The translations under genes and the position numbers were made by a program. A stretch of DNA of 63,311 nt, the filler included, from Gemmatimonadota bacterium (GTDB lineage: Bacteria; 4572-55; J002), in the NCBI GenBank assembly GCA_003697105.1. It is 7 parts of 7 records of this genome, joined end to end, with 100 filler letters (N's around TTAATTAATTAA, not from the genome) between each part and the next. Parts side by side here need not be neighbours in the genome. Positions count along the whole stretch, not along the records: positions 1 to 11,807 come from RFFQ01000058.1; 6 more parts are not named here. One strand, 5' to 3'. This document shows, piece by piece, positions 1 to 8,792 of this stretch; position 1 is the stretch's first letter, and each line of letters starts with the position of its first letter. The notes below the pieces were generated by a model. The model did no database searches and was not told the origin of the DNA. It worked only from the letters and a program-made list of their open reading frames with translations.

Positions 1-127
1 AGGTAATGGAACAGGCCCTTCCGAAAACAATCCACGCGGTGATCCCACAGAATCTTGTGCTAAAAATAATGCTATTTTTCATCAGTTATTCAATTACCTG
101 TCTCAGCTTATAGGTAGCAACTTGGGT
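1..127 (+). mobile_element. Right end of an IS982-family element (transposase C-terminus plus terminal inverted repeat)
   Basis: Frame from nt 3 reads VMEQALPKTIHAVIPQNLVLKIMLFFISYSITCLSL* (TAG 111-113), resembling the IS982 transposase C-terminal PKxIHAV...LK motif. It is followed by GGTAGCAACTTGGGT (113-127), the reverse complement of ACCCAAGTTGCTACC found at three contig ends. IS982 IRs characteristically start with ACCC. Confidence 0.85.
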
Positions 128-147
128 TATTTTAAATGATTTAGGTA

Positions 148-244
148 TAGGACAGATACCCAATTTCCTTTGAGACCCTAAGGTCTTGAAGACGCTAGCG
201 TCTTTTTGCCATCAAGACGTATACCCAACTCTTTCTTGTCCCTA
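148..244. repeat. Cluster of short palindromes (REP-like)
   Basis: AGACC-CTAA-GGTCT (173-186) and perfect palindrome AAGACGCTAGCGTCTT (189-204), flanked by the direct repeat ATACCCAA and an imperfect outer inverted repeat. Confidence 0.45.
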
Positions 245-280
245 ACGAGGAAATCTACCACCAACTAATGAATTATGAGC

Positions 281-309
281 AATATAGATGGTTAATAAGG
301 TACTGTCAA
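281..309 (-). promoter_or_regulatory. Sigma70-type promoter pointing left
   Basis: Minus strand TTGACA-17 nt-TATATT. Confidence 0.6.
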
Positions 310-324
310 CCCGTTAAAAAAGGC

Positions 325-353
325 TTGACTTTGCCAGAAATGAGCTATATCGT
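325..353 (+). promoter_or_regulatory. Possible sigma70 promoter of the ABC transporter operon
   Basis: TTGACT-17 nt-TATCGT upstream of ATG 391. Confidence 0.4.
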
Positions 354-390
354 CAGAAAAGTTACTTCACTCAATAAGAGCATTTCCAAA

Positions 391-1245
391 ATGAATCAGA
401 CCCGTATGAACTGGGTGGGGGCACTACTTCTCGTCGTGTTGGTGGGCGGCAGTATCGCTGCAGAAGCCCCCCAGCGAATCATATCCCTTGCGCCCAACAT
501 CACTGAAATTCTTTTCGCCTTGGAGATAGAAGACCGCGTTGTGGGAGTAACAGACTACTGCATCTATCCCCCCAAAGCGGCTCAAAAAGCGAGTATTGGC
601 GATTTATTCAATCCCAATATTGAGCAAATATTCGCACTCCAACCCGATCTGGTGATTGGATTACCGGCAAGTACACCCCTTCTTAACACACTTGAACTTC
701 AAGGTATACCGGTACTTACGGTTCATAATGAAACTATTGCAGATATTTTAGCATCCATTGAACGTATTGGCGATAAAACCGCTACTTCCACACGTGCTAC
801 GGCACTAATTGACTCTATCCGCCACCACATTGAACCCCACTCACCAACCCCCTCAACTCCAATTTCAGCCATGATAATCATCGGGCGGGACCCGGGGCAA
901 CTTACCGGGATATACGTTGCCGGTGGAAAGACCTTTCTAAGTGAATTATTGGTTCGGGCGGGCGGTCAAAATGCCTTTGCGGATATCAAAGGATATTATA
1001 ATGAAGCCTCGTTAGAAGCCATCATTCAACGGAACCCCCGCGTGATCATCGAACTTCGTCCCGCAGCAGAACAACCTCAAGAAGCAGAGCTACGAGCCAA
1101 CTGGCAACCGTTAGCCCCACAGTTACAAGCGGTGCCCCAACACCTGGTATTTATTTTTGGAGATTACCTGTTGATCCCCGGACCTCGCCTCCCTCAGATT
1201 TACCACGCGCTTCTACAAGCATTAGCACCGGTGTCAAATGAGTAA
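391..1245 (+). CDS. Cobalamin/iron-siderophore ABC transporter substrate-binding protein (BtuF-like)
   Basis: Signal peptide then PQRIISLAPNITEILFAL...VVGVTDYCIYP and PGPR motifs. Start moved from 268 to ATG 391 so that the signal peptide is N-terminal. Confidence 0.85.
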   Translation: MNQTRMNWVGALLLVVLVGGSIAAEAPQRIISLAPNITEILFALEIEDRVVGVTDYCIYPPKAAQKASIGDLFNPNIEQIFALQPDLVIGLPASTPLLNTLELQGIPVLTVHNETIADILASIERIGDKTATSTRATALIDSIRHHIEPHSPTPSTPISAMIIIGRDPGQLTGIYVAGGKTFLSELLVRAGGQNAFADIKGYYNEASLEAIIQRNPRVIIELRPAAEQPQEAELRANWQPLAPQLQAVPQHLVFIFGDYLLIPGPRLPQIYHALLQALAPVSNE

Positions 1246-2047
1246 TACCCAATCGATCCTGACACTCCGTGATGTTTCGTACACTATCGAGGGACAACTC
1301 ATTTTATCATCGATCCATTGTGAAATTTACCCCCAAGAGTTTATCACCGTGATCGGTCCGAATGGTGCCGGAAAAAGCACCTTACTGAAACACTTAAACC
1401 GGTGGATCCCACATCAAACCGGTACAATTACTCTCCACCAAAAATCACTCCGGGCGTATTCCCCCAAAGCAATAGCCAAAGAAATCGCCTATGTCCCTCA
1501 AACTTACGCGGGTACCCTATCATTTACTGTAGAAGAATTTGTCAGTATGGGGCGTTATGCCCATTTAGACCCTTTAAGGTCTGTGGGAAAATCTGACATT
1601 ACCGCCATATATCCCATTTTGGAAACTACCCATTTGATCCCTTTCCGAAAACGAATCCTCAAAACACTGAGTGGTGGAGAACGGCAACGCGTATTTATTG
1701 CAGCAGCACTCGCGCAACAGGCTCAACTGGTGTTGCTTGATGAACCAACCTCATTTTTAGACCCCAAACACCGGATTGAAATTTATCAGTTGCTTAAAAC
1801 GATCAATGAAACTCAGAAAACAACCCTAATCATTGTCACCCACGACCTCAATTTTGCGCTACAATTTAGCGACCGAACAATGGCGCTTAAAAGCGGTCAA
1901 ATCCTGAAGTTCGATAAACCGGATTACTTAACAGCAGATTCGGCACTCAGCGCCATATTTGATGCCCCTTTTGACATCATAAACAGCGCCCAGAACACCC
2001 GATCTGCCATCATACCCCGCTATTATGTACCCGAAACCAAAAACTAA
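1238..2047 (+). CDS. ABC transporter ATP-binding protein (BtuD/FecE family)
   Basis: GPNGAGKST, LSGGERQR, LLDEPT and H-loop VTHD. Confidence 0.92.
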   Translation: MSNTQSILTLRDVSYTIEGQLILSSIHCEIYPQEFITVIGPNGAGKSTLLKHLNRWIPHQTGTITLHQKSLRAYSPKAIAKEIAYVPQTYAGTLSFTVEEFVSMGRYAHLDPLRSVGKSDITAIYPILETTHLIPFRKRILKTLSGGERQRVFIAAALAQQAQLVLLDEPTSFLDPKHRIEIYQLLKTINETQKTTLIIVTHDLNFALQFSDRTMALKSGQILKFDKPDYLTADSALSAIFDAPFDIINSAQNTRSAIIPRYYVPETKN

Positions 2048-3017
2048 GTTTATTACGCTGCTTTCCTGCCTTGCTCTGGCAGTTGCTCTCGGCTTACCCT
2101 TCATCGGGACTCAGGCCGTCTCTTGGCACGATCTAATTGGGAATAGCCGGTCAACGAGCTATTTTATTTTTTGGAATCTTCGTTTCCCGCGAGTCATGCT
2201 CGCGATGACCACCGGCGGCATTTTAGCGGCGGCAGGAGTGGCATTCCAAGCACTATTTCGGAACCCGTTAGCGACGCCTTACACATTGGGAGTGAGTAGT
2301 GGTGCGGCATTTGGCGCCGCTCTGACGATAAAATTAGGCATCACGATGTCTCTAATGGGTATTTCGGGGGTTTCCCTCGGCGCCTTTAGCGGAGCACTCC
2401 TCGTCGTACTGATCATTTACAGTTTTACCCAGATTCGGAATGATTTTTCAACCTCGACGATGCTTTTGGCAGGAGTCGCCATGAGTATCTTTTTCTCCTC
2501 ACTGATTCTACTCCTCCAATTTTTAGCCGATTTTACCCAAACCGTTCAGATTGTGCGGTGGTTAATGGGCAGTTTAGCAGTGATCGGATACCAACCCCTC
2601 GTCTCGATTTTACCCCTCGGATTGATCGGGTTAATTACCCTCTTTTGGCTGCGAATGGATATGAATATGATGCTGATGGGAGAAGAACTTGCCGCCAGCC
2701 GGGGAGTTCATGTCAACCGGACAAAGCTGTTGATCTTTCTGAGCGTTTCCCTCATGACCAGCGCGGTGGTCTCCGTTTGTGGTCCCATTGGATTTATCGG
2801 ATTGATCATTCCCCATGCGGTGCGCCGGTTTGTTGGGATCGACCATTTTATCTTACTGCCAAGTAGTATACTTGTGGGAGCAATCTTTCTGGCGCTGAGT
2901 GATACGCTCGCCCGAATGATGATCGCGCCCACCGAAATCCCCGTAGGTGTCATTACTGCTCTGGTGGGAGGTCCCTTTTTCTTATGGATTCTATTACGTA
3001 AAGATTTAGAGATGTAA
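2025..3017 (+). CDS. FecCD/BtuC-family ABC permease
   Basis: RFPRV, FQALFRNPLATPYTLGVSSGA, GPIGFIGLIIPH and EIPVGVITALVGGPFF motifs. Confidence 0.92.
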   Translation: MYPKPKTKFITLLSCLALAVALGLPFIGTQAVSWHDLIGNSRSTSYFIFWNLRFPRVMLAMTTGGILAAAGVAFQALFRNPLATPYTLGVSSGAAFGAALTIKLGITMSLMGISGVSLGAFSGALLVVLIIYSFTQIRNDFSTSTMLLAGVAMSIFFSSLILLLQFLADFTQTVQIVRWLMGSLAVIGYQPLVSILPLGLIGLITLFWLRMDMNMMLMGEELAASRGVHVNRTKLLIFLSVSLMTSAVVSVCGPIGFIGLIIPHAVRRFVGIDHFILLPSSILVGAIFLALSDTLARMMIAPTEIPVGVITALVGGPFFLWILLRKDLEM

Positions 3018-3023
3018 ACCCAC

Positions 3024-3056
3024 AAAAAAAGCACAGGATGGATTATCCTGTGCTTT
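3024..3056. terminator. Bidirectional intrinsic terminator between convergent permease and gcvPB
   Basis: AAAGCACAGGAT-ggatt-ATCCTGTGCTTT hairpin with an A7 tract on the left (U tract for the minus strand). Confidence 0.8.
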
Positions 3057-3082
3057 CGTAGGCATATGAATCGAGAGATAAC

Positions 3083-4540
3083 CTAAGACTCAAATTGATA
3101 TTTCAGTATGGGTTTTCGAGCGGCGGTTGCTTCATCCAATCGGGTCACCGGTGTATGTTGTGGCGCCTGACGTACTACTTCTGGTTCCGTAGCCGCCATT
3201 TTAGCAATCTGGATGAGGGCATCAGCGAATGTATCCAGCGTCTCTTTAGTTGTCGTTTCCGTAGGTTCGATCATCAAACATTCATGGACAATCAATGGGA
3301 AATAAATAGTCGGCGCATGGTAGCCCTTATCTAACAAAGCTTTGGCAATATCCAAAGCTCGGACACCTTGTTTTGCCTGCCGGTCTGCCGAGAGCACAAA
3401 TTCATGCTGGCAATGCCTTGGAAACGGAACATCAAAATAAGGCTCTAACTTTTTCATCAAATAGTTTGCATTTAGGATCGCCGTTTCACTGACATTCCGC
3501 AAACCCTTGGGACCCATCATACGGATATAAGTATATGCCCGCACAAACATACCAAAATTACCATAAAAGCTATGCACTTTCCCAATGGATTTGGGGCGGT
3601 CATAATCAAATGCAAAAGAACCATCCTCCTTTTTCGCTACCGTCGGTGTGGGCAAATACGGGATTAGTTCTTTTCGTACACCGACAGGACCCGATCCAGG
3701 ACCCCCACCACCATGCGGTGTGGTGAATGTCTTATGCAAATTAAAATGGACGACATCAAAACCCATATCCCCCGGGCGGGTAATACCCAAAAGGGCATTC
3801 AGATTTGCGCCATCCATATATAACAGCGCATCGACCTCGTGCAACATCCGCGACATCTCAGTAATTTGAGACTCAAAAATACCCAGCGTGTTTGGATTTG
3901 TCAGCATAATCCCCGCCGTATCCGAGTCAACCAACCGGCGCAGCATCTCCAAATCAACTTCACCTGCCTCCGTAGAGCGCACTTCAACGGTTTTGAAGCC
4001 TGCTAATGCGGCACTTGCCGGATTAGTCCCATGTGCCGCATCGGGAACGATAATTTTTGAGGGTGAACGCCCTCGATCCCGATGATACGCCCGCATCATC
4101 ATTAAACCGGTGTATTCACCCTGAGCACCGGCGGCGGGTTCAAGAGTCACCGCATCCATCCCAGAGATTTCTGCGAGAAGCTCCGACAGCTCGTACATTA
4201 ATTGTAGAGCACCTTGGGCGGTGCATTCATCTTGAAAAGGATGAATTCCCGAAAATCCGTCTAAACGACTCATATCTTCATTGACCTTAGGGTTGTACTT
4301 CATCGTACACGATCCAAGCGGATAAAACCCTTTATCAATATGATAATTAAGTGTTGATAGGCGGACAAAGTGGCGCACGACTTCCCCTTCGCTAACTTCT
4401 GGGAAACGGTAATCACTCTGCCGTTGCTGTTCCAAAGGCAAAACATCGGTTAGCGACTGGACCGGGACATCCAAAGGAGGCAAGCTATAGCCCTTTCGAC
4501 CCGGACGACTCATCTCAAAAATGGTATTTTCGAGGTACAT
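3083..4540 (-). CDS. gcvPB: Glycine dehydrogenase (decarboxylating) subunit 2
   Basis: [24 protein letters not shown] lysine in [22 protein letters not shown]. Confidence 0.95.
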   Translation of the reverse strand: MYLENTIFEMSRPGRKGYSLPPLDVPVQSLTDVLPLEQQRQSDYRFPEVSEGEVVRHFVRLSTLNYHIDKGFYPLGSCTMKYNPKVNEDMSRLDGFSGIHPFQDECTAQGALQLMYELSELLAEISGMDAVTLEPAAGAQGEYTGLMMMRAYHRDRGRSPSKIIVPDAAHGTNPASAALAGFKTVEVRSTEAGEVDLEMLRRLVDSDTAGIMLTNPNTLGIFESQITEMSRMLHEVDALLYMDGANLNALLGITRPGDMGFDVVHFNLHKTFTTPHGGGGPGSGPVGVRKELIPYLPTPTVAKKEDGSFAFDYDRPKSIGKVHSFYGNFGMFVRAYTYIRMMGPKGLRNVSETAILNANYLMKKLEPYFDVPFPRHCQHEFVLSADRQAKQGVRALDIAKALLDKGYHAPTIYFPLIVHECLMIEPTETTTKETLDTFADALIQIAKMAATEPEVVRQAPQHTPVTRLDEATAARKPILKYQFES

Positions 4541-4561
4541 ATTTGCTCCACAAAGGGAATG

Positions 4562-5005
4562 TTATGCTTTAACCACCCACACTTTAACTTTCGCTTCCAC
4601 TTCAGGATGAAGTTTGATCGGTATCACATACACACCCAACGCTTTCAACGGTTCATCCAGTTGAATTTTACGGCGATCAATGTCGATCCCTTGCGCTTTT
4701 AGCAGATTCGCAATATCCGCAGACGTAACCGAACCAAACAGCTTATCATCTTCACCGGCTTGAACGGCGGCGGTACACGACACATCTTCTAACTTATGCG
4801 CCAATTTTTCAGCTTCATGTTTTAATTTATCTTGGCGCAGTTTCGCTTGGGATTCCAAATGTTCAAAATAGCGCTGGTTGGACGGTGTATTTTTAACGGC
4901 TAATTTTTTCGGGAACAGATAATTCCGCGCGTAACCATCCGCAACACGCGTCACGTCACCTTTTGTTCCCAGACGTGCAACGTCTTCTAAGAGGATAATC
5001 TCCAT
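4562..5005 (-). CDS. rplI: 50S ribosomal protein L9
   Basis: MEIILLEDVARLG...VADGYARNYLFP and KLFGSVT. Confidence 0.97.
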   Translation of the reverse strand: MEIILLEDVARLGTKGDVTRVADGYARNYLFPKKLAVKNTPSNQRYFEHLESQAKLRQDKLKHEAEKLAHKLEDVSCTAAVQAGEDDKLFGSVTSADIANLLKAQGIDIDRRKIQLDEPLKALGVYVIPIKLHPEVEAKVKVWVVKA

Positions 5006-5066
5006 CTAAACCTCCTCAGCGTGATAACAACATCTTGATTAATATCCAACCGTCGTCACAACGGTG

Positions 5067-5336
5067 TTACTTCGGCTGGTCTGTAGCGTAAGGTAATAAT
5101 GCCATGAAACGCGCCCGTTTTACCGCTCGCGTCAATTCACGTTGATAATACGCACAGGTTCCCGTTACTCGCCGCGGAATAATCTTCCCCCGGTCGGTGA
5201 TAAACCGACGCAGAAACTTTTCATCTTTATAATCAAGAAGTTTCGTTCCGTTATTTCGCTTACACTTATAACCCTCTTTACAGAATTTGCAGACTTTCCG
5301 CCGCCGAGGATTATACAATTTACGCTTTCTAGCCAC
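5067..5336 (-). CDS. rpsR: 30S ribosomal protein S18
   Basis: CKFC...DYKD...[13 protein letters not shown]...[16 protein letters not shown] start with GGAGG RBS. Confidence 0.96.
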   Translation of the reverse strand: MARKRKLYNPRRRKVCKFCKEGYKCKRNNGTKLLDYKDEKFLRRFITDRGKIIPRRVTGTCAYYQRELTRAVKRARFMALLPYATDQPK

Positions 5337-5361
5337 TCAAACCTCCATCACCATTTAAGCC

Positions 5362-5967
5362 TTAGGATGTTAAATCTTCACCAAGTTGAAACCGGACAAA
5401 ACGACGCACCACAATATTTTCACCCAAAGACGCCATCGCATCGGTGATCATCTCTTGCACGGTCTGATCTGGATTTTTAACAAAGGGTTGCTCCAACAAA
5501 CAAATTTGCGAATAATATTTTTCAATTTTGCCGTTTACAATTTTATCAATAATGTGTTCCGGCTTGCCTTCTTCACGCATTTGAGCGGCATAAATTTCGC
5601 GTTCTTTTGCGATAATCTCTTCAGGGACATCTTCCCGAGACACCGCTACGGGCTGTGAAGCGGCAATATGCATCGCTAAATCTTTTGCTAATGTTTTGAA
5701 GTCATCGGTACGGGCTACAAAATCGGTTTCACAATTGACTTCGACCAACACGCCAATTTTACCGCCCATGTGGATATAATGCCCCACCATACCTTCATTA
5801 GCGGAACGTTCCGCCCGTTTTGCGGCTTTTGCCATACCTTTTTTTCGCAAGAATTCAATGGCTTCTTCTACATTGCCATTCGCTTCAATGAGCGCTTTTT
5901 TACAGTCCATCATCCCCACGCCGGTTTTTTCACGCAGTTCGCGGACTTGTGCTGCAGTAACAGACAT
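5362..5967 (-). CDS. tsf: Elongation factor Ts (short form)
   Basis: LREKTGVGMMDCKKAL, EVNCETDFVA and RRFVRFQLGE. Confidence 0.97.
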   Translation of the reverse strand: MSVTAAQVRELREKTGVGMMDCKKALIEANGNVEEAIEFLRKKGMAKAAKRAERSANEGMVGHYIHMGGKIGVLVEVNCETDFVARTDDFKTLAKDLAMHIAASQPVAVSREDVPEEIIAKEREIYAAQMREEGKPEHIIDKIVNGKIEKYYSQICLLEQPFVKNPDQTVQEMITDAMASLGENIVVRRFVRFQLGEDLTS

Positions 5968-6007
5968 AAGAATAAATTCTCCTTAAACAAAAACAGGTGT
6001 TATCAGA

Positions 6008-6925
6008 TCAATCAGTTTTTTCTGAAGCCGGCGTTCGACGGCTCGAACGACGTTTATCTAAGACCTTCCGTTCCCGGCGTTCCTTACCCCGTTCATCTTC
6101 GCGGGAACGGCGGCGACGGCGATGTTCTTTTCGCCGCAATTCACCTTCCTCGGTCATCTCAACTTCTTCTACCTCATATTTGGCTTTCATTTCTTCTTGT
6201 TGACGTTCTTCCTCCCGAGCTTCCTCGCGAATTTTTGTCAACCGGTCTTTACCTTCGATTACGGCATCGGCAATGGTTCGGGCATACAACTGAATGGCTC
6301 GAATCGCATCATCATTGCCGGGGATCACATGATCCACATCATCCGGGTCGCAATTCGTATCGACGACGGCGATAACCGGAATACCCAATTTGGAAGCTTC
6401 GGCAACAGCAATATGCTCTTTCCGAACGTCAATCACAAAAACGAGGCTCGGTAATTGGCTTAAATTCCGAATCCCGTCCAATACAGATGATAATTTCTCT
6501 CGTTTTTTCTCTAGGCGAAGAACTTCCTTTTTCTTCAAAATGTCATAGGTGCCATCTTCTTTCATCTGTTCAATCTCACGGAGCCGGCGAACACTCTTTT
6601 TAATGGTTTGGAAATTCGTGAGCGTACCACCGAGCCACCGCTCTGTAACATAGTACATCCCGCAACGTTGCGCTTCTGCGAAAACAGTCTCTCGAGCTTG
6701 CTTTTTGGTACCCACAAACAGGACGGTACCGCCTTTAGAAACACTCTCTTGTACCAGATTATAAGCGTCCTCTAAGGCTTTCAGTGTTTTTTGCAGATCG
6801 ATAATATAGATTCCGTTACGTTCGGCAAAAATGTACTTTTTCATTTTGGGATTCCACTTCCGGGTTTGGTGTCCGAAGTGAATCCCCGCTTCCAGCAGAT
6901 CTCTCATCTGTACATTAAACGGCAT
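6008..6925 (-). CDS. rpsB: 30S ribosomal protein S2 with charged C-terminal extension
   Basis: [29 protein letters not shown] and [10 protein letters not shown]. Confidence 0.97.
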   Translation of the reverse strand: MPFNVQMRDLLEAGIHFGHQTRKWNPKMKKYIFAERNGIYIIDLQKTLKALEDAYNLVQESVSKGGTVLFVGTKKQARETVFAEAQRCGMYYVTERWLGGTLTNFQTIKKSVRRLREIEQMKEDGTYDILKKKEVLRLEKKREKLSSVLDGIRNLSQLPSLVFVIDVRKEHIAVAEASKLGIPVIAVVDTNCDPDDVDHVIPGNDDAIRAIQLYARTIADAVIEGKDRLTKIREEAREEERQQEEMKAKYEVEEVEMTEEGELRRKEHRRRRRSREDERGKERRERKVLDKRRSSRRTPASEKTD

Positions 6926-6934
6926 TCGTAATCA

Positions 6935-7028
6935 AACCTCCATCAAACAGGGTTCATCGCAACGCACCCTCATTTTCTCGATAAAATCCGAATACCGGAC
7001 ACCCCATCGAAAATCAGGTACGTGTGAA
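6935..7028 (-). ncRNA. rpsB 5' leader (t44 / S2 autoregulatory RNA)
   Basis: Minus strand CACACGUACCU-GA-UUUUCGAU-GGGGUG-UCCGG..UUCGGA-..-AUCGAGAAAA-UGA-GGGUGCGU...UGGAGG: nested stems with a GGGGUG bulge, directly upstream of rpsB, as in the E. coli t44/S2 leader. Confidence 0.8.
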
Positions 7029-7048
7029 ATAAAATAAAAAACCATAGA

Positions 7049-7444
7049 TTAACGTTTAGAGAATTGGAAACGCTTCCGGGCACGAGGCTGACCGTATTTT
7101 TTCCGTTCTTTCATGCGCGGATCGCGGGTCAGAAAACCCGCCGCTTTCAGCGGGGGGCGTAGAGACGGGTCCATTTCCGAGAGCGCCCGGGAAATACCGT
7201 GACGAACCGCACCTGCTTGCCCGGATTTGCCACCCCCGTGGACCCGGGCAATAATATCAACCTTGTCTGATACGGAAACCAACTCCATTGGCTGTTCCAC
7301 CAGCATCACCAACGTTTCCCGTTGAAAATAATCCAGTAAGGACACACCATTTACAATCTTCTTGCCGGTACCCGGCATAACTCTAACACGTGCTACCGAC
7401 GTTTTCCGACGACCCGTAGCCATATAAACGGCTTTCTCAGCCAC
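7049..7444 (-). CDS. rpsI: 30S ribosomal protein S9
   Basis: [30 protein letters not shown] and ERKKYG...QFSKR; GTG 7444 fits the GGAGG spacing. Confidence 0.97.
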   Translation of the reverse strand: MAEKAVYMATGRRKTSVARVRVMPGTGKKIVNGVSLLDYFQRETLVMLVEQPMELVSVSDKVDIIARVHGGGKSGQAGAVRHGISRALSEMDPSLRPPLKAAGFLTRDPRMKERKKYGQPRARKRFQFSKR

Positions 7445-7465
7445 AATCACACCTCCACAACTTGA

Positions 7466-7912
7466 CTAGGTTGTTAATGATAACGTTTCCGGCATTTGCG
7501 CGTGATGCGGGTGATCCGCACCAGCGTAAATTTTCAGTTTTTTGACCATTCGACGACCCAAACGATTATGCGGTAACATCCCCCAGACCGCCCGACGAAC
7601 GACTTCCGTGGGCTTGCGGTCCATAAGATGACGGGCGACTTCTTTGCGCAAACCACCCGGATAACCGCTGTAACGGGTATAAACCTTTTGGTCTAATTTC
7701 CGCCCAGTCAAAACGACTTTATCGGCATTAATCACAATTACAAAATCCCCCACATCCATGTGAGGAGAATAGGTCGGTTTGTGCTTTCCGCGCAAGATAC
7801 GAGCGACTTCAGTTGCCAAACGACCCAGCACCATACCTTCCGCATCCACCACATACCACTTCTTGTTCTCAACATCTTTCAGACTACCTGTAACGGTAAA
7901 GCCAGCCATCAT
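7466..7912 (-). CDS. rplM: 50S ribosomal protein L13
   Basis: WYVVDA...LGRLA...[24 protein letters not shown] and YSGYPGG. Confidence 0.97.
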   Translation of the reverse strand: MMAGFTVTGSLKDVENKKWYVVDAEGMVLGRLATEVARILRGKHKPTYSPHMDVGDFVIVINADKVVLTGRKLDQKVYTRYSGYPGGLRKEVARHLMDRKPTEVVRRAVWGMLPHNRLGRRMVKKLKIYAGADHPHHAQMPETLSLTT

Positions 7913-7999
7913 AAACTCCTTGCACTAAAAACGATACATCAGATTCCAATATACAAAATTAAGCCTAAATTTTGGATGCTTTGACAGAATTGAAGGCTG

Positions 8000-8028
8000 A
8001 TATTAACGAATTCAATACCCGTTGTCAA
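8000..8028 (-). promoter_or_regulatory. Sigma70 promoter of the rplM operon
   Basis: Minus strand TTGACA-17 nt-TAATAT. Confidence 0.65.
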
Positions 8029-8101
8029 TGAGTTTTTTGAAAAAAATTACCTCAAGTTCTGAGAAAACCGTGAGGTACTTCCGCCCCCAAGCTCACAATC
8101 A

Positions 8102-8719
8102 TTATAAACGGCGCCAAAAATAATCAACTTGCTGCTGGGTAAGCTCTAAACCATTTGAATTATCAATCACATCATCGGCAAGGTCTGCTTTCACAGATAA
8201 TGGAAGTTGAGCCGAGATGCGTTGTAATGCCGCTGGCTGTGATAACTGGTCTCGCGCCATCAACCGGTTTAAGCGGACTTCATCCGTCGTATAAACCACA
8301 ACAATACGGTCAAAGAATTGCCTAGAGTGCCACTCAAAAATCAACGCGGCATCCACTACAACGACGGGTGTCTGGCTCCCACACGCCCGCCAACGCGCTA
8401 TCTGAATTTGGTTGCACAATTCTGCCCGGAGAGCTGGCCGGATCAATTGGTCAAGTTTTCGCTTTAATGCCGGATCGGCAAAAACCAATTGCCCTAAATA
8501 AGAACGATCTAACCTATTATCCGCGGTCAAAATGCGTGCTCCAAACGCCTGTACCAATTGATCCAGCACAACAGAACCCGGTTCAACCACTTGCCGGGCA
8601 ATCACATCCCCATGAATCACCTGTGCCCCTTTAGCAGCCAGCAACTGGGCAACCGTCGTTTGCCCGCTCGCAATACCGCCCGTTAAGCCGATCATCTTTA
8701 TTCGAGAAAGTGCGTTCAT
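8102..8719 (-). CDS. coaE: Dephospho-CoA kinase (atypical P-loop)
   Basis: IGLTGGIASGQTT, LDRSYLGQLVF, RLMARD and ADDVIDN; start ATG 8719 with GGAGGT RBS. Confidence 0.88.
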   Translation of the reverse strand: MNALSRIKMIGLTGGIASGQTTVAQLLAAKGAQVIHGDVIARQVVEPGSVVLDQLVQAFGARILTADNRLDRSYLGQLVFADPALKRKLDQLIRPALRAELCNQIQIARWRACGSQTPVVVVDAALIFEWHSRQFFDRIVVVYTTDEVRLNRLMARDQLSQPAALQRISAQLPLSVKADLADDVIDNSNGLELTQQQVDYFWRRL

Positions 8720-8731
8720 TCTACCTCCAGA

Positions 8732-8769
8732 AAAATGGAGTGCGGAGAACCATTCCGGCACTCCATTTT
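8732..8769. terminator. Intrinsic terminator after the large secreted protein gene
   Basis: AAAATGGAGTGC...GCACTCCATTTT hairpin. Confidence 0.75.
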
Positions 8770-8792
8770 CACCAACCGGACTCCAAAACAGG

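Noticed and set aside
130-390. Cobalamin riboswitch upstream of the BtuF-like gene
   Set aside because: No recognisable B12-box/GGGAA...GCCACTG core, and the predicted promoter leaves only a ~30-nt leader.
268-390. N-terminal extensions in the ORF track (btuF 268, coaE 8761, aminotransferase 42392, methyltransferase 21453, clpS 38846)
   Set aside because: Downstream starts fit RBS, signal peptide or family N-termini better and avoid long overlaps.
5362-5967. EF-Ts of only 201 aa as a truncation
   Set aside because: The short homodimeric EF-Ts form is well known (e.g. Thermus, cyanobacteria), and both termini are intact.
5770-6454. Long antisense ORFs opposite rpsB/tsf and similar shadow ORFs throughout the track
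   Set aside because: They overlap well-conserved genes on the opposite strand and have no motifs or RBS; these are codon-bias shadows.
8732-8769. tRNA-like GGAGTGC/GCACTCCA stem
   Set aside because: Too short, with no D, anticodon or T arms; A/T flanks fit a terminator.
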